Shown piece by piece: positions 34,951 through 45,016 of a stretch of DNA of 64,000 nucleotides; position 1 is the first letter of the stretch, and each line of letters opens with the position of its first letter. A program made the position numbers and the translations under genes. This DNA is from Candidatus Hermodarchaeota archaeon (GTDB taxonomy: Archaea > Asgardarchaeota > Lokiarchaeia > Sigyniarchaeales > SOKP01). The stretch lies in the NCBI GenBank assembly GCA_048885925.1, contig JBHLLG010000002.1:77569-141568 (forward strand). The letters are read 5' to 3'. The notes beneath the pieces are model-generated. The model ran no database searches, was not told the DNA's origin, and saw only the letters and a program-made list of their open reading frames with translations.

Positions 34951-36021
34951 TTAAAAACCGATATTATTAGAAAAAGATCTTAAAATTAAATTTCCCTTGG
35001 ATATAATTTCTACATAAGAAGGTTGCATATGTTGCCAAGCACCGTCATTTATTATTTCAACTCGTTGATTATTGATATTTCCATAGGAGACTCCTTTATG
35101 GTGAGAATGTCCATATATAACATGTTTTATTTTTGAAAAAGGATAATGATCATCTTCTAAGAATTTTTTAATTTCACGAAAGTAGTAATCAGGTTTACTA
35201 GCACGCTCCCATTTTTTCAATACCCGCATGTTTGATTTAATTATATTAAATTCTAAGATATTTAATTCTGAAAAAAGTGTATCCATTGATTCTATTGGCA
35301 TATTTTTTAAATTAGCTAATTCTTGTTTCATCTGTTTGAATGTTATTGGCTTAACTTTCCGACCATTCTTAATTATTTCATTCCAAAAATAATCGTAAGT
35401 TTCTTTTACTTCAAATTTATTAGAGGAAATTAAAGATTTCCAAATTTGACCTACAAAAAAACGATATATCTCACTATCATATTGGAATCCATGAAGCATA
35501 AAGCATTCATAATCCTTATCTAGATTAAGACCCTTAATTTCTACTTTATTAACAGGTGTATTTTCAATTTGATCCCGTGTATTGTACATTAAGAGCATGT
35601 CCTTATCATTTTTTTTCTTTAAGATTAGATACTGAAAGAATAAATCTCCATTAAAAAGTTCCTTGAAATCACTATTTCTAAATTTGCGTAAGAATTTTTC
35701 TTTTCTACGAACAAATTTTTCATCATAATCTCCAGTAACGGGAATTTCATGGTTTCCAAGAACATAAATAATAGTTATTTTTTTTTTAATCTCAAGTAAA
35801 AGTGTAAAAATTTCTCGGGCTTTATCCCTTGCCATAATAGATTCTGGAATATCAGTGCATAAATCAATAAAATCTCCTAAAATTATCAATTTCTGTAGAT
35901 CATTCCCGAACTTTCCATTAAGGATATTTTTTAAAAATTGAATAAATAAATCCCTTTCACAGTCTAAGGAACCTAAATGAATATCTGATACTACCAAAAT
36001 TTTAGGTTTAGTTTCACCCAT
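34951..36021 (-). CDS. Calcineurin-like metallophosphoesterase (LpxH-like)
   Basis: SDIHLG, LGDFID, GNHE, HG, GHSH, NDGAW. Confidence 0.88.
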   Translation of the reverse strand: MGETKPKILVVSDIHLGSLDCERDLFIQFLKNILNGKFGNDLQKLIILGDFIDLCTDIPESIMARDKAREIFTLLLEIKKKITIIYVLGNHEIPVTGDYDEKFVRRKEKFLRKFRNSDFKELFNGDLFFQYLILKKKNDKDMLLMYNTRDQIENTPVNKVEIKGLNLDKDYECFMLHGFQYDSEIYRFFVGQIWKSLISSNKFEVKETYDYFWNEIIKNGRKVKPITFKQMKQELANLKNMPIESMDTLFSELNILEFNIIKSNMRVLKKWERASKPDYYFREIKKFLEDDHYPFSKIKHVIYGHSHHKGVSYGNINNQRVEIINDGAWQHMQPSYVEIISKGNLILRSFSNNIGF

Positions 36022-36523
36022 CCTTTAAATCTCCGATTTTATCTATGATTTTTTGATCTAATTTAAATAATATGTAGTAGGATTAATAAGGAGAATCCCT
36101 ATTTCTTAAATTTATGTTTAGAAGATTTGATTTAAAGAAATAATATTCAAAAGATTATAAAAGTTGTTTCAAAGTTGCTTTAGCGTAGACATTTAGAATG
36201 ATTGATACCTAAATCTTTTATCTCCTATAATTTTTTCTAAGAATTGGAAAATAATATTCCCCCAATATTAACAATGCTTCATATTGATCAAATACAATTG
36301 CATCATTTGAAATCAAAAATTGATCATTTCTAAGTAATCGAATTCACTAATAAAAAATTTGTTATTTATTTTTATCATTTTTTTTTGTCGACCGAATTTG
36401 ATTGATCAGATTTATCGGATTATCTATGATCAACCAACATATTTAAATATAAGAAATACTAATTAAAATTTAAATACAATTTAAAAAAAATCTTAAAAAT
36501 TAAATTAGTGGAGGAATAATAAA

Positions 36524-36730
36524 ATGGCCGCATTTGCATGGAGCCCTTTAAGAGCTCTAATGAAAAAAGCCGGAGCAGAAATCGTAAGTCGAGCTGCAGT
36601 TGATAAATTGATGGATTATTTAGAAGAATATGCTAAAGGTTTAACTGGTTGCGCTCTTGACATTGCTAAACACTCTGGCAGAAAAAAAGTTACCGCAGCT
36701 GACATGAAAATTGCTATTGGTTTAGTATAA
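36524..36730 (+). CDS. Archaeal histone (HMf-like)
   Basis: SPLRALMKKAGAEIVS..A...L..YLEE..A.HSGRKKVTAADM; SD GGAGG; TATA-like TTTAAATA near 36442. Confidence 0.95.
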   Translation: MAAFAWSPLRALMKKAGAEIVSRAAVDKLMDYLEEYAKGLTGCALDIAKHSGRKKVTAADMKIAIGLV

Positions 36731-36981
36731 GCAATTTTAATGTTACCTTTCATTGAAAAAATCAAAAATTTTTTTTTCTTTTATAAATATTTCATTAGGA
36801 CAATCAGTTTAGATAGATCTTATTTGAAATTCTTAATTCTAATACTTTATTTCTATATCATTACAATGTTTATATCTAATTTGTCATTCATATCCTTAAT
36901 TTTAGGTATGATCTATTATTTGATTTTTTATCTAGCAAAGGATCAAACATGATTAAGATCAAATGGATTTAACCTCAAAAC

Positions 36982-37809
36982 TTAACTTGATTTTTTATAA
37001 AGACCAATAAATATAATAAAGAATATGATTATATCTATCGACTCCGCTGTGATGACGAATAAAGGAGACTCGCCTACAATAAATTGTATTACCGGTCTTA
37101 AAATGGATGTGATTAAATAGAAACCAAATCCAATCATGAGGATAAAAGTGTTAACTTGAGATAAGCGTTGATTTCTCCACGCAAAATTAAACAACCACAC
37201 AATCGCGATCAAAGATGGAAGAATTGTTATTGGATATATGATGGGAGAATTTTCTATAGTTAGAACAAATATATCGACAATTATTTCAATAGCAACAATT
37301 ATTATTAAAATCCAGGTTCTAACCGTATTGAGAGTGTTTTCGTTACTCAGTTTTTTGAACCTTTGCCTTAAGGAGAGTGAAAATAAAATCATAAAAATAC
37401 TAAGAGACATCATTGGGAGGAGATTCAAGATTGCGATAAGATATCGAGTTTTCATAACAAGGAGCAGTAATTCTTGATCTAACTTAAAATAACTAAAATC
37501 AATGAATAAGTCTATTAATTTTCCAAAAATAAGTAGTAAGAAAAAGATACCGAACAGAAAAGGGATATCTGAGAAATATTGTTTTTCTTGTTTAAACCAT
37601 CTATAGAAGGTATAGATTGCCATTAAAGAAACAAGAAACACACGAATCCCTATAGTTATGACAATTATTAAGGTCCCTTCGTGGGTTTGGTAGGTTTCAA
37701 CTAAAATAGCCCAATTAAAAATATATAGAAACGAGATAGCAATGATTCCAATTATAACACTACATACCAATAAAGGTAAAACGATTACTCTAATTTTTTG
37801 AAAAGTCAT
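36982..37809 (-). CDS. Multi-pass membrane protein of unknown function
   Basis: 275-aa ORF with about 8 hydrophobic helices; SD AGGTGA. Confidence 0.75.
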   Translation of the reverse strand: MTFQKIRVIVLPLLVCSVIIGIIAISFLYIFNWAILVETYQTHEGTLIIVITIGIRVFLVSLMAIYTFYRWFKQEKQYFSDIPFLFGIFFLLLIFGKLIDLFIDFSYFKLDQELLLLVMKTRYLIAILNLLPMMSLSIFMILFSLSLRQRFKKLSNENTLNTVRTWILIIIVAIEIIVDIFVLTIENSPIIYPITILPSLIAIVWLFNFAWRNQRLSQVNTFILMIGFGFYLITSILRPVIQFIVGESPLFVITAESIDIIIFFIIFIGLYKKSS

Positions 37810-37993
37810 AAATTCTATTTTTCACCTAACTATAAAAATTAAAATTTTTTTCAGGAGAAATAGAATTTAATTTCATTTTTTGTTTGATATATTTAACAGA
37901 AGATATATTGTCTGAGATATATTCTTAATTTTAAATAATAGTTTAATAAATTATTTGCATAGTATATTTTTTTAAACAAGGTGAAAATGGAGG

Positions 37994-38545
37994 ATGTTTT
38001 TTGAGAGATTAAAAAAATCTCCAAAAAATAGATTTGTGATTTTAATAGTGATTTTTGGTCTGGTAATTGTGCTAATCGTTTACTTTTTAATATTCATGCC
38101 AATTGAGGGTTCAGTTCCAACTTATGGGATTTTAGACTATGAATTTGCATGGACTCAAAGTAGGGTTGAGAATATTCTATCAGTTTGGGGTGTTGAAGGG
38201 ATAAATAAACAATCTTTGGCAATATATTGGGACTTCATATATATAGTTGGTTATGTTTCTTTAGCTCTTGGATTAATAATACTTATATTAAGGATATCTG
38301 AGGAAAAAATCCAAAAAATTGGATTTTATTTTACACTAACACCTTTCCTAACGGGATTATTTGATATAATTGAGAACATAAATTTATTGATAATGCTTAG
38401 TGATCCAATATCAATCTCAAATTTTAATCCATTTATCGCGTCGTTAAGTGCATTAATAAAGTTTAGTTTCTTGTTTGCTGCGATTGCTTATTTCTTAGTA
38501 GCTTTAACTATTGCTATTTTCAAAAAATTTAAACAGAGGGAATAA
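37994..38545 (+). CDS. Membrane protein of unknown function (about 4 TM)
   Basis: EFAW, DFIYI..Y, FDIIEN motifs of a conserved membrane family. Confidence 0.75.
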   Translation: MFFERLKKSPKNRFVILIVIFGLVIVLIVYFLIFMPIEGSVPTYGILDYEFAWTQSRVENILSVWGVEGINKQSLAIYWDFIYIVGYVSLALGLIILILRISEEKIQKIGFYFTLTPFLTGLFDIIENINLLIMLSDPISISNFNPFIASLSALIKFSFLFAAIAYFLVALTIAIFKKFKQRE

Positions 38546-38571
38546 ATAACTCTCCTTTTATTTTTATAATT

Positions 38572-39060
38572 TTAGAGAGATCTCTGCATCCAAATTATAT
38601 CAAAAGTCCGTCCAAACTTTTTAGCAATATTTTTAAATCTTCCACATTCAATAAAACCATGTTTTTTATGGAAATTTAGGCTTTGCTCATTTAAAGAGGA
38701 TAAATGAATAAAAAGTAAACGGACTCCATTTTCATTGGCATATTCAATTAATTTATTTAATAACCTTGTACCAAAACCTTTATTAGTATATTCTGGTTTA
38801 ATAAAATAGCTTATTTGTCCTGTATGCATGAAATTATCATAAGGTAAATAATTTTTTATAAATGCAAAACCACTTATTTTCTTTTCAATTTCTAAAACGA
38901 CAAATGATAAACATTCTTGACGTAATTGACTGATAAAATTAATTTTAACTTCTTTTTCAGAGTAAGCAGCAAAACCATTTAAAATATAATTATTATAAAT
39001 TGAAAGAACATCGTTTAAGTCTGAATTTTTAACTTTCCTAATTCGAAATTCAAAAGCCAT
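38572..39060 (-). CDS. GNAT N-acetyltransferase (YncA/Pat-like)
   Basis: IYNNYI, KGFGTRLL, NEQSLNFHKKHGF..CGRF...KFG..DIIWMQ. Confidence 0.9.
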   Translation of the reverse strand: MAFEFRIRKVKNSDLNDVLSIYNNYILNGFAAYSEKEVKINFISQLRQECLSFVVLEIEKKISGFAFIKNYLPYDNFMHTGQISYFIKPEYTNKGFGTRLLNKLIEYANENGVRLLFIHLSSLNEQSLNFHKKHGFIECGRFKNIAKKFGRTFDIIWMQRSL

Positions 39061-39135
39061 AATAAAATATTAAATAAATTAATTTTTTGAAGTTTTACAT
39101 TTTAAATAAAATAGAATTAAAAAAATGAAATATAT

Positions 39136-39208
39136 AATCCTAAGACCTTTGCATGGTTGTCCTTAAGCATCTCGTTTTTTCATACTTAATTCATTCTTAA
39201 TTAGGATT
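39136..39208 (-). promoter_or_regulatory. Eukaryote-like SECIS element in the 3' UTR of the Prx-like selenoprotein
   Basis: mRNA after the stop: GA AUGAA UUAAGUAU GAAAAAACGAG AUGCUUAA GGAC. This gives an AUGAN/NGAN core, an 8-bp helix and an A-rich apical loop (39159-39194). Outer helix AAUCCUAA (39201-39208) pairs with UUAGGAUU (39136-39143). Confidence 0.8.
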
Positions 39209-39724
39209 TTTGATATATTTATCAATTAGGAGTAACATCGCACTTACTGAAGGTCTGTCTGTTTTATCTCTTCCTATGTATTTCCATACAATTGTCCCAT
39301 TTTTATCTATTAAAAATTTGCTCGGTACAGCTTGTTTTACTTTAAGTTTTCCCCAACCTTCTGCAAACCAATACACATTATAATCCTTAGCTATTTTAGC
39401 TCCACGGTCTGAAATCATATCTACTGGAAATTTATTTTCTTCTTTAAACTTTCTTAGTAATCCAATTGTGTCGCTTGCAATTGAAATAACTTTAACATTT
39501 CTTTTTTCAAACTCATGAAATTTTTTCGTTAAATTCTCTAGTTCTTCTTTTCAATAACTTCACCAAGTACCACGAAAAAAAACAATCAATACTGCATTAT
39601 GATTTTGAATGAGATTAGATAAATTAACTGGATTACTAAATATATCTACTGTATTTATCAAAGGTGCTTGAGTATGCAATGATAATCCCCTGGGTCTCAT
39701 TTCTTCTTCTTTCTTTAAAGCCAT
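39197..39724 (-). CDS. Peroxiredoxin-like (AhpC/TSA, thioredoxin fold) selenoprotein with a UxxU motif, 175 aa
   Basis: ATG 39724 with SD GAGGT. The frame reads ...VLIVFFRGTW-TGA-SY-TGA-KEELENL..VKVISIASD..FPVDMISD..PSKFLIDKNGTIVWKYIG..DRPS. The TGA codons (39560-39562, 39551-39553) occupy both Cys positions of the F.RG.WCP.C motif. The track shows only the last 73 aa. Confidence 0.92.
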
Positions 39725-39976
39725 TTGGTTATTACCTCAAAACTAATTACACTACAATTTTTCTTACAAATATTGATAAAAATTATAATTTTAAAGATAT
39801 GTTTTTCGAAAGATGATAAGAGTAATTTAAAATGTTAGGTTTTTCTAATAAAATCAAGAAATAAAATAGAAATAGCAGTTCTTTCATTAGATGATTATCA
39901 AGATTCTAAAAAATACTGCCAAAATTCAGAAATTGTAAAAATTGTAAATAAAAAGTGACATAAAAATGTAATAATA

Positions 39977-40501
39977 TTAAGTTCCGAATTTTTCAAAAAG
40001 AACTTCTGTCAAAACTTCAAATGCTTTTTCTACGTTTTCTCCAGTTTTGGAAGATAGTTCTACAAAAGAAGCTAAATTATACTTTCTTGCAGCTAATATC
40101 CCATCATCTCGAGGAACAGCTCGAAACTCATATAAATCCAATTTAGAGCCAATCAACATTATAGGGATGTCACCGGAATGTTCTCTAATTACTTGAGTCC
40201 AATCGGGTAAGTGATCTAATGAGGTTTGATTAGTGATATCATATAAGAAGAATGCTCCATTTGCCCCTTTACTATATTGTGAAAGTAGAAATCGAAACCT
40301 TTCTTCTCCACCAAAATCCCAAATCTGTAATTTTACTTTTTTATCTTTAAAATAAGTGGTCTTAGAATAAAAATCAACACCTATAGTCAATTTGAGGTCT
40401 TCCATGAAGTATCCTGAAATATATCTCATTGTAAGGGATGTTTTACCCACTGATGCATCACCTAACATCATGATTTTAAAAGTATAATCGTAATCTGTCA
40501 T
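39977..40501 (-). CDS. Rab-like small GTPase
   Basis: YDYTFKIMMLGDASVGKT, TIGVDF, KLQIWDFGGEERFR, SKLD, SSKTGENVE. Confidence 0.93.
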   Translation of the reverse strand: MTDYDYTFKIMMLGDASVGKTSLTMRYISGYFMEDLKLTIGVDFYSKTTYFKDKKVKLQIWDFGGEERFRFLLSQYSKGANGAFFLYDITNQTSLDHLPDWTQVIREHSGDIPIMLIGSKLDLYEFRAVPRDDGILAARKYNLASFVELSSKTGENVEKAFEVLTEVLFEKFGT

Positions 40502-40637
40502 TACTTTCAACAGTAAAGGTATTTTAAGGACTTTCTTCGAGTTTTAAAAATAAATTTTAAAATTATTCTAGTAATATACCCAATATTAATTAATTTTTAT
40601 CTATTTTAAAATTATTATTTTCCAAAAAACACAAAAA

Positions 40638-41279
40638 TCATATCAACAAAAGGAGAATATTAAAAAAAGAATGAGCGATGGAACATGGGATTAGTGATTC
40701 GCCAAAATACGTAAAAATAAGAGAAAGAACTAATCCAAATACAAAATAATATCCAAAAAAAGTTATTATAGTTGTTAAAGGGACTAGAAACGGAGGAACA
40801 TGATAAAGGGTAAAAAGTATAGAGGATATAATAATTGAATAAGCTATTTTCAATTTGGTTTTAATTTTTTTTATAAGAAATCCTCTGAAAAAAGCTTCTT
40901 CACAAGGTCCGACAACGATCAATTGTAAAATTACTAAAGTAATTAGTTGGATGAAATTAGGGCGAATTGGAGTTGTGTTGATGACTCCTTCTTGGCCTTG
41001 TTCAACAAATTCATACCCAAATATATTGTTTATCACAACATCTCTAAAAAAAATGATAATATAATTACTTAAAAAGAAAAATAAAATTCCAAAGCTCAAT
41101 CCAGATATTATTTTAATAAATAAGTCTTCATTTTTCTCAAAACCCATATCCTTTAAAGTCATTGTGAAAGATTTCTTCTCCAATTTGCTAACTATTAACG
41201 CGGGGGTAATAATAAATAAAATTTCTAATAATGTTAATCCAATTAATATCCAAGGATTTTCTCCTAATTGTACAACCAT
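40638..41279 (-). CDS. CPBP (CAAX/Abi) intramembrane glutamic protease
   Basis: EEAFFRG, FTLYH and HSFFN motifs all intact. Confidence 0.9.
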   Translation of the reverse strand: MVVQLGENPWILIGLTLLEILFIITPALIVSKLEKKSFTMTLKDMGFEKNEDLFIKIISGLSFGILFFFLSNYIIIFFRDVVINNIFGYEFVEQGQEGVINTTPIRPNFIQLITLVILQLIVVGPCEEAFFRGFLIKKIKTKLKIAYSIIISSILFTLYHVPPFLVPLTTIITFFGYYFVFGLVLSLIFTYFGESLIPCSIAHSFFNILLLLI

Positions 41280-41372
41280 TTTTATTTTAATGTTATTTTC
41301 AAATAATACTCATAAATCAAAAAATTAAATATCTCATGTTTATTATTATTAATTCTATTATTTGTATTTTTA

Positions 41373-42653
41373 ATGACGATAAGGGATAGATTGACAAAAT
41401 CTGAAGAAAAAATCTATACTATTCTTAATGATGATGATTTAGTCTTTAATAATTTGGGTCTTACAAAAGAACAGCTTCTTTTAAAAGAACTAAGAAATAT
41501 CGCTAAAGAATACATGGAAGTTGAAAAATTAAAAAAATCCTTTATAAAAGTTATCTTAAATAACCTTGATAATTTAAATTTTTCAGAATTTATTGATTTT
41601 CCCAAATTTTACATTAAAGAAAAGTTTTTAAAAAAAAAAGTATCTTCCTCAAACATACAGGGATTAAATGTTGTTAGTGTTGATGGGAGTTCAGTTACTA
41701 AGAAATATATGAATATTGATTTTTCATTTTTAAAAACTATTGCTGTTAAATATTACTTTAAAAAAAACAATGCAGCCAAAATTATTTATTATCCTGATCT
41801 AAATGGTTTCAATAATTACCTTGTACAAGCAAATTTTCTCAATCAAGATGAGAATGCTGTAGAAACTAAAATCTCAATCGATATGAATTTTATGGAAATT
41901 AATTTATTAAATAACATGATAAGGAAATCCTCTGAGATTGAAATGATAATAATTGATGGATCGATTGTTATTATGCCGATAAATTTATTATTTTCCAAAG
42001 ATCCCGAAATTTCAAGAAAATACGATAAACTTTTAAAGGAATATCATGAATTATATTCAAGTTGTAGAGAAAAAGGAATATTATTAATTGGATCAATCAA
42101 AGATACGAGATCAGCTGCGTTATCACATCTATTAAGTGATTCTATACAATTATTAAAACCTAGTCATTCAAAGTTAACTGATTTTATAAAAATGAATTAT
42201 CATACAGCAATAGAATTTTTCTCAGATATTGACTTATTTAATCGATTATTAAAAAAATATGAGAGAAGTTGTATTTTCAATTGTAAGAGAGAAATTGACA
42301 AAATTAGAGATACTGGAATCAAAAAAGAAATCCCCTACTATTTTCCTCTATCATTTTATGCATTCTATATAAAAACAGCACACTATGATACACCTTGTAG
42401 AATAGAATTCTTCATGGATGAGAGCCACTCTTTAAGAAATGCCTCAGAGAAAGCAGACTTAATTTCTTCCATATTATTGCCTATGTCAAGTTTAAATGAA
42501 CATTATGGTTTACCAATTCCTCAAATTGAGGCTCATAAAAGAGCTACTTTTAAACCAAAAGAAGTGGATTTATTATTAAATAATTTAACAAGAACATTAA
42601 GCATAAATGGTATTGAATTATTAGAGAAAAGAAGAAATAGAAGACCTTTCTAA
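41373..42653 (+). CDS. nurA: NurA family 5'-3' nuclease
   Basis: SVDGSS, MEI, IIDGSI, GSIKD, YGLPIPQIEAHKRA. Confidence 0.85.
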   Translation: MTIRDRLTKSEEKIYTILNDDDLVFNNLGLTKEQLLLKELRNIAKEYMEVEKLKKSFIKVILNNLDNLNFSEFIDFPKFYIKEKFLKKKVSSSNIQGLNVVSVDGSSVTKKYMNIDFSFLKTIAVKYYFKKNNAAKIIYYPDLNGFNNYLVQANFLNQDENAVETKISIDMNFMEINLLNNMIRKSSEIEMIIIDGSIVIMPINLLFSKDPEISRKYDKLLKEYHELYSSCREKGILLIGSIKDTRSAALSHLLSDSIQLLKPSHSKLTDFIKMNYHTAIEFFSDIDLFNRLLKKYERSCIFNCKREIDKIRDTGIKKEIPYYFPLSFYAFYIKTAHYDTPCRIEFFMDESHSLRNASEKADLISSILLPMSSLNEHYGLPIPQIEAHKRATFKPKEVDLLLNNLTRTLSINGIELLEKRRNRRPF

Positions 42654-43345
42654 TGAATACTATATTTAAGTCTATTTAAAATAATATCTTCAAAAAAGAT
42701 ATGCTTTTTTTCCACTACTTCATTTCTGTATCCAAGATTTCTAATATTTCTATAAAAATCTAATAAATTAGTTCTACTTGATGTAATAACATAGATGTAA
42801 TGTTTAGCTTTCAAATCTAGATAATATTTAGCAGAATTGAGAAATTTAATTAGAATTTCATATCCTTTTATTCCTCCATTCCAACTGTAATCAATTTTCA
42901 TTTTGTTATTATTTTTCTTAATAAGATCTGATGATGGTAAATATGGAGGATTGAACACAATTATGTTAAAAGAATGTTTTAAACTTTCTGGAAATGAATT
43001 AAACAAATCTGAACACAAAAATTCTATTTGATTATCAATATTATTTCGTTTTTCATTTAATTTCGCACATTTTATTGCATCTTCTAGTATATCAGAGGCA
43101 TATATCTTTGGATTAAAATTTATATTGTCTTTTTTAATTAATTGTAAAAAGATAGCTATTATTCCTGTTCCAGTACCTAAATCTAAAATTTTCTTAATTT
43201 CAGTTAATTTGATTCCATCAAAATACATTTGATTAATATTTTGTTTAAAATAGTCAATTAATAAATATGTGTCATCAGAAGGAGCGTAAACATTTTCAAA
43301 ATCATAATCAATTACTGGATCGGGTAAAAGAGAAATTATTATCAC
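42650..43345 (-). CDS. HemK2/PrmC-type glutamine methyltransferase
   Basis: VYAPSDDTYLL, LDLGTGTG, NPPYLP, WNGG; the start may be ATT at 43336. Confidence 0.92.
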   Translation of the reverse strand: MIIISLLPDPVIDYDFENVYAPSDDTYLLIDYFKQNINQMYFDGIKLTEIKKILDLGTGTGIIAIFLQLIKKDNINFNPKIYASDILEDAIKCAKLNEKRNNIDNQIEFLCSDLFNSFPESLKHSFNIIVFNPPYLPSSDLIKKNNNKMKIDYSWNGGIKGYEILIKFLNSAKYYLDLKAKHYIYVITSSRTNLLDFYRNIRNLGYRNEVVEKKHIFFEDIILNRLKYSIH

Positions 43346-43350
43346 TTTTT

Positions 43351-44199
43351 CTAATTTTTATCTCTTGAATAAAAAAGCTTGCTAATTTCAATGAACTCTT
43401 CTATTTTAAACTCAAATATTTTTTTATTTTGATAATTGTTTCCCTGTAGAATCATAAGAATTTCTTCTTTAGTATATTGATTATCTTTTAAAGTTTTGAA
43501 AAAAGTATTAATAGCATTTCCAATATTTTGATTTTTATATGGCATTATTCCAGCAATAAATTTTAAAAAGTAGTCTTTTGAATCTTTATCTAATAGAAAG
43601 GGATCAATTGTCTCTTTCGGTTTCAATTTAACAAGAGATAATTCGATTTTGGGAGAGGGGAAAAAGCACATTTCTGAGATATTTGATTTTGAAACGGGGT
43701 TCATAAATGCATTAACACTTAGACCAATTCTTGAAAAATTTTTATAATTTTTTGGGAGAAAGATACGATTAGCAATACTCTTTTCAATTAATAATGTTCC
43801 TTCTGGGGGTTTTTCTTTAAAGAATATTTTATGTAATATTGGACCTGTTATTTTATATGGAATATTTGAAACTATTTTATTGTGAAATGGGATATCAATT
43901 TCAAGTACATCTCCATTTATAATCTCAAGATTATTAAAAGTAGAGAATTTTTGACATAAGTACGAATATAAGCGATTATCAATTTCAATTGCATAGAGTT
44001 TATTAACTAATTTTATTAATTGTTCTGTTAAAGCCCCTAATCCAGGTCCAATCTCTAAAATTATATCACTTTTAGAAATTTCTGATAATAAGATAATTTT
44101 ATTGACTATATTTTTATCAATTAAAAAATTCTGACCTAATTGCTTATTAGGCTTAATTTCTAATTGCTTTAAAATTAGTTGAACTTCTCTTCTATTCAT
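43351..44199 (-). CDS. rsmA: 16S rRNA dimethyladenosine transferase KsgA/Dim1
   Basis: LGQNFL, LEIGPGLGALT, EID, SNIPY, FFPSPK. Confidence 0.95.
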   Translation of the reverse strand: MNRREVQLILKQLEIKPNKQLGQNFLIDKNIVNKIILLSEISKSDIILEIGPGLGALTEQLIKLVNKLYAIEIDNRLYSYLCQKFSTFNNLEIINGDVLEIDIPFHNKIVSNIPYKITGPILHKIFFKEKPPEGTLLIEKSIANRIFLPKNYKNFSRIGLSVNAFMNPVSKSNISEMCFFPSPKIELSLVKLKPKETIDPFLLDKDSKDYFLKFIAGIMPYKNQNIGNAINTFFKTLKDNQYTKEEILMILQGNNYQNKKIFEFKIEEFIEISKLFYSRDKN

Positions 44200-44204
44200 T
44201 GGAT

Positions 44205-44849
44205 TTATTCATATTTTTGAGTTTTACTAAAAATGTAATATTTTTCTTCTCTTTGAAGTTCCTTTATAATTCTTTGTGCAATCACTTTAGTAGGATGAGA
44301 GATGCTAGTTCTATCAGCAATATTTTGAAATGAATCGAATTTCTTTTTTTCCCTTTCATTAAGAATTTCCCACATATGTTTCTGTCCTATTCCAGGCAAT
44401 AATTTCAAAGCATGCATTCGTGGAGTAATTGAAGTAGAATTATTAAAAAATCTTATAAACTCTTCTTCATATTTCAAGACTTCCTTTTCGAGAATTGGTT
44501 GAATAAGTGCTTTTGAGGTACTAGTTAGATCATCATAATTAATTTTTTTGAGGACTTCTTTTAATTTATCTTCTTTTAAGAATTCTTCATATGTTTTTTG
44601 TTCTTGAACTTTTAGATTAGAATTTTTGTTTACTTTAACTTCATAAAGAACAAAATCCGGAAAAGTAAGAACTTGTGCTATTGGAGTTTTTGCCCAACTA
44701 GGTTTATCTTCTTCTACATGTCCATGGATTAATATATCTAATATAACGACTTCCCGAAATTTTTTTATGAATTGCTTTTTTTTCCTTGGACCATTTCGAT
44801 AATTCCTTCTGCGTGGAGGACCTCTGTATCGATCTCTTCTTTCCGTCAT
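44205..44849 (-). CDS. DUF655 nucleic-acid-binding OB/HhH protein with Arg-rich N-terminus
   Basis: FFNNS.SIT.RMH.L.LLPGIG.KHMWEIL; sits in the rpoF-DUF655-ksgA cluster. Confidence 0.9.
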   Translation of the reverse strand: MTERRDRYRGPPRRRNYRNGPRKKKQFIKKFREVVILDILIHGHVEEDKPSWAKTPIAQVLTFPDFVLYEVKVNKNSNLKVQEQKTYEEFLKEDKLKEVLKKINYDDLTSTSKALIQPILEKEVLKYEEEFIRFFNNSTSITPRMHALKLLPGIGQKHMWEILNEREKKKFDSFQNIADRTSISHPTKVIAQRIIKELQREEKYYIFSKTQKYE

Positions 44850-45016
44850 TACTATTTAACTTATTTTTTACTTTTCCGATTACCATTTCAAATTTTTTAT
44901 TATTATAAAATACTAATTTAAGGGAGATTGTTCATTAGAATTTAAAAAATATAGACTTATAAATTCTTCGCATTTTAGAAAGAACTATCAAATTTTCATA
45001 ATTAAAATTGTTAAGT

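Noticed and set aside
36740-36952. 70-aa ORF after the histone gene
   Set aside because: Low-complexity F/I/L sequence across a poly-T terminator-like AT-rich region, with no RBS.
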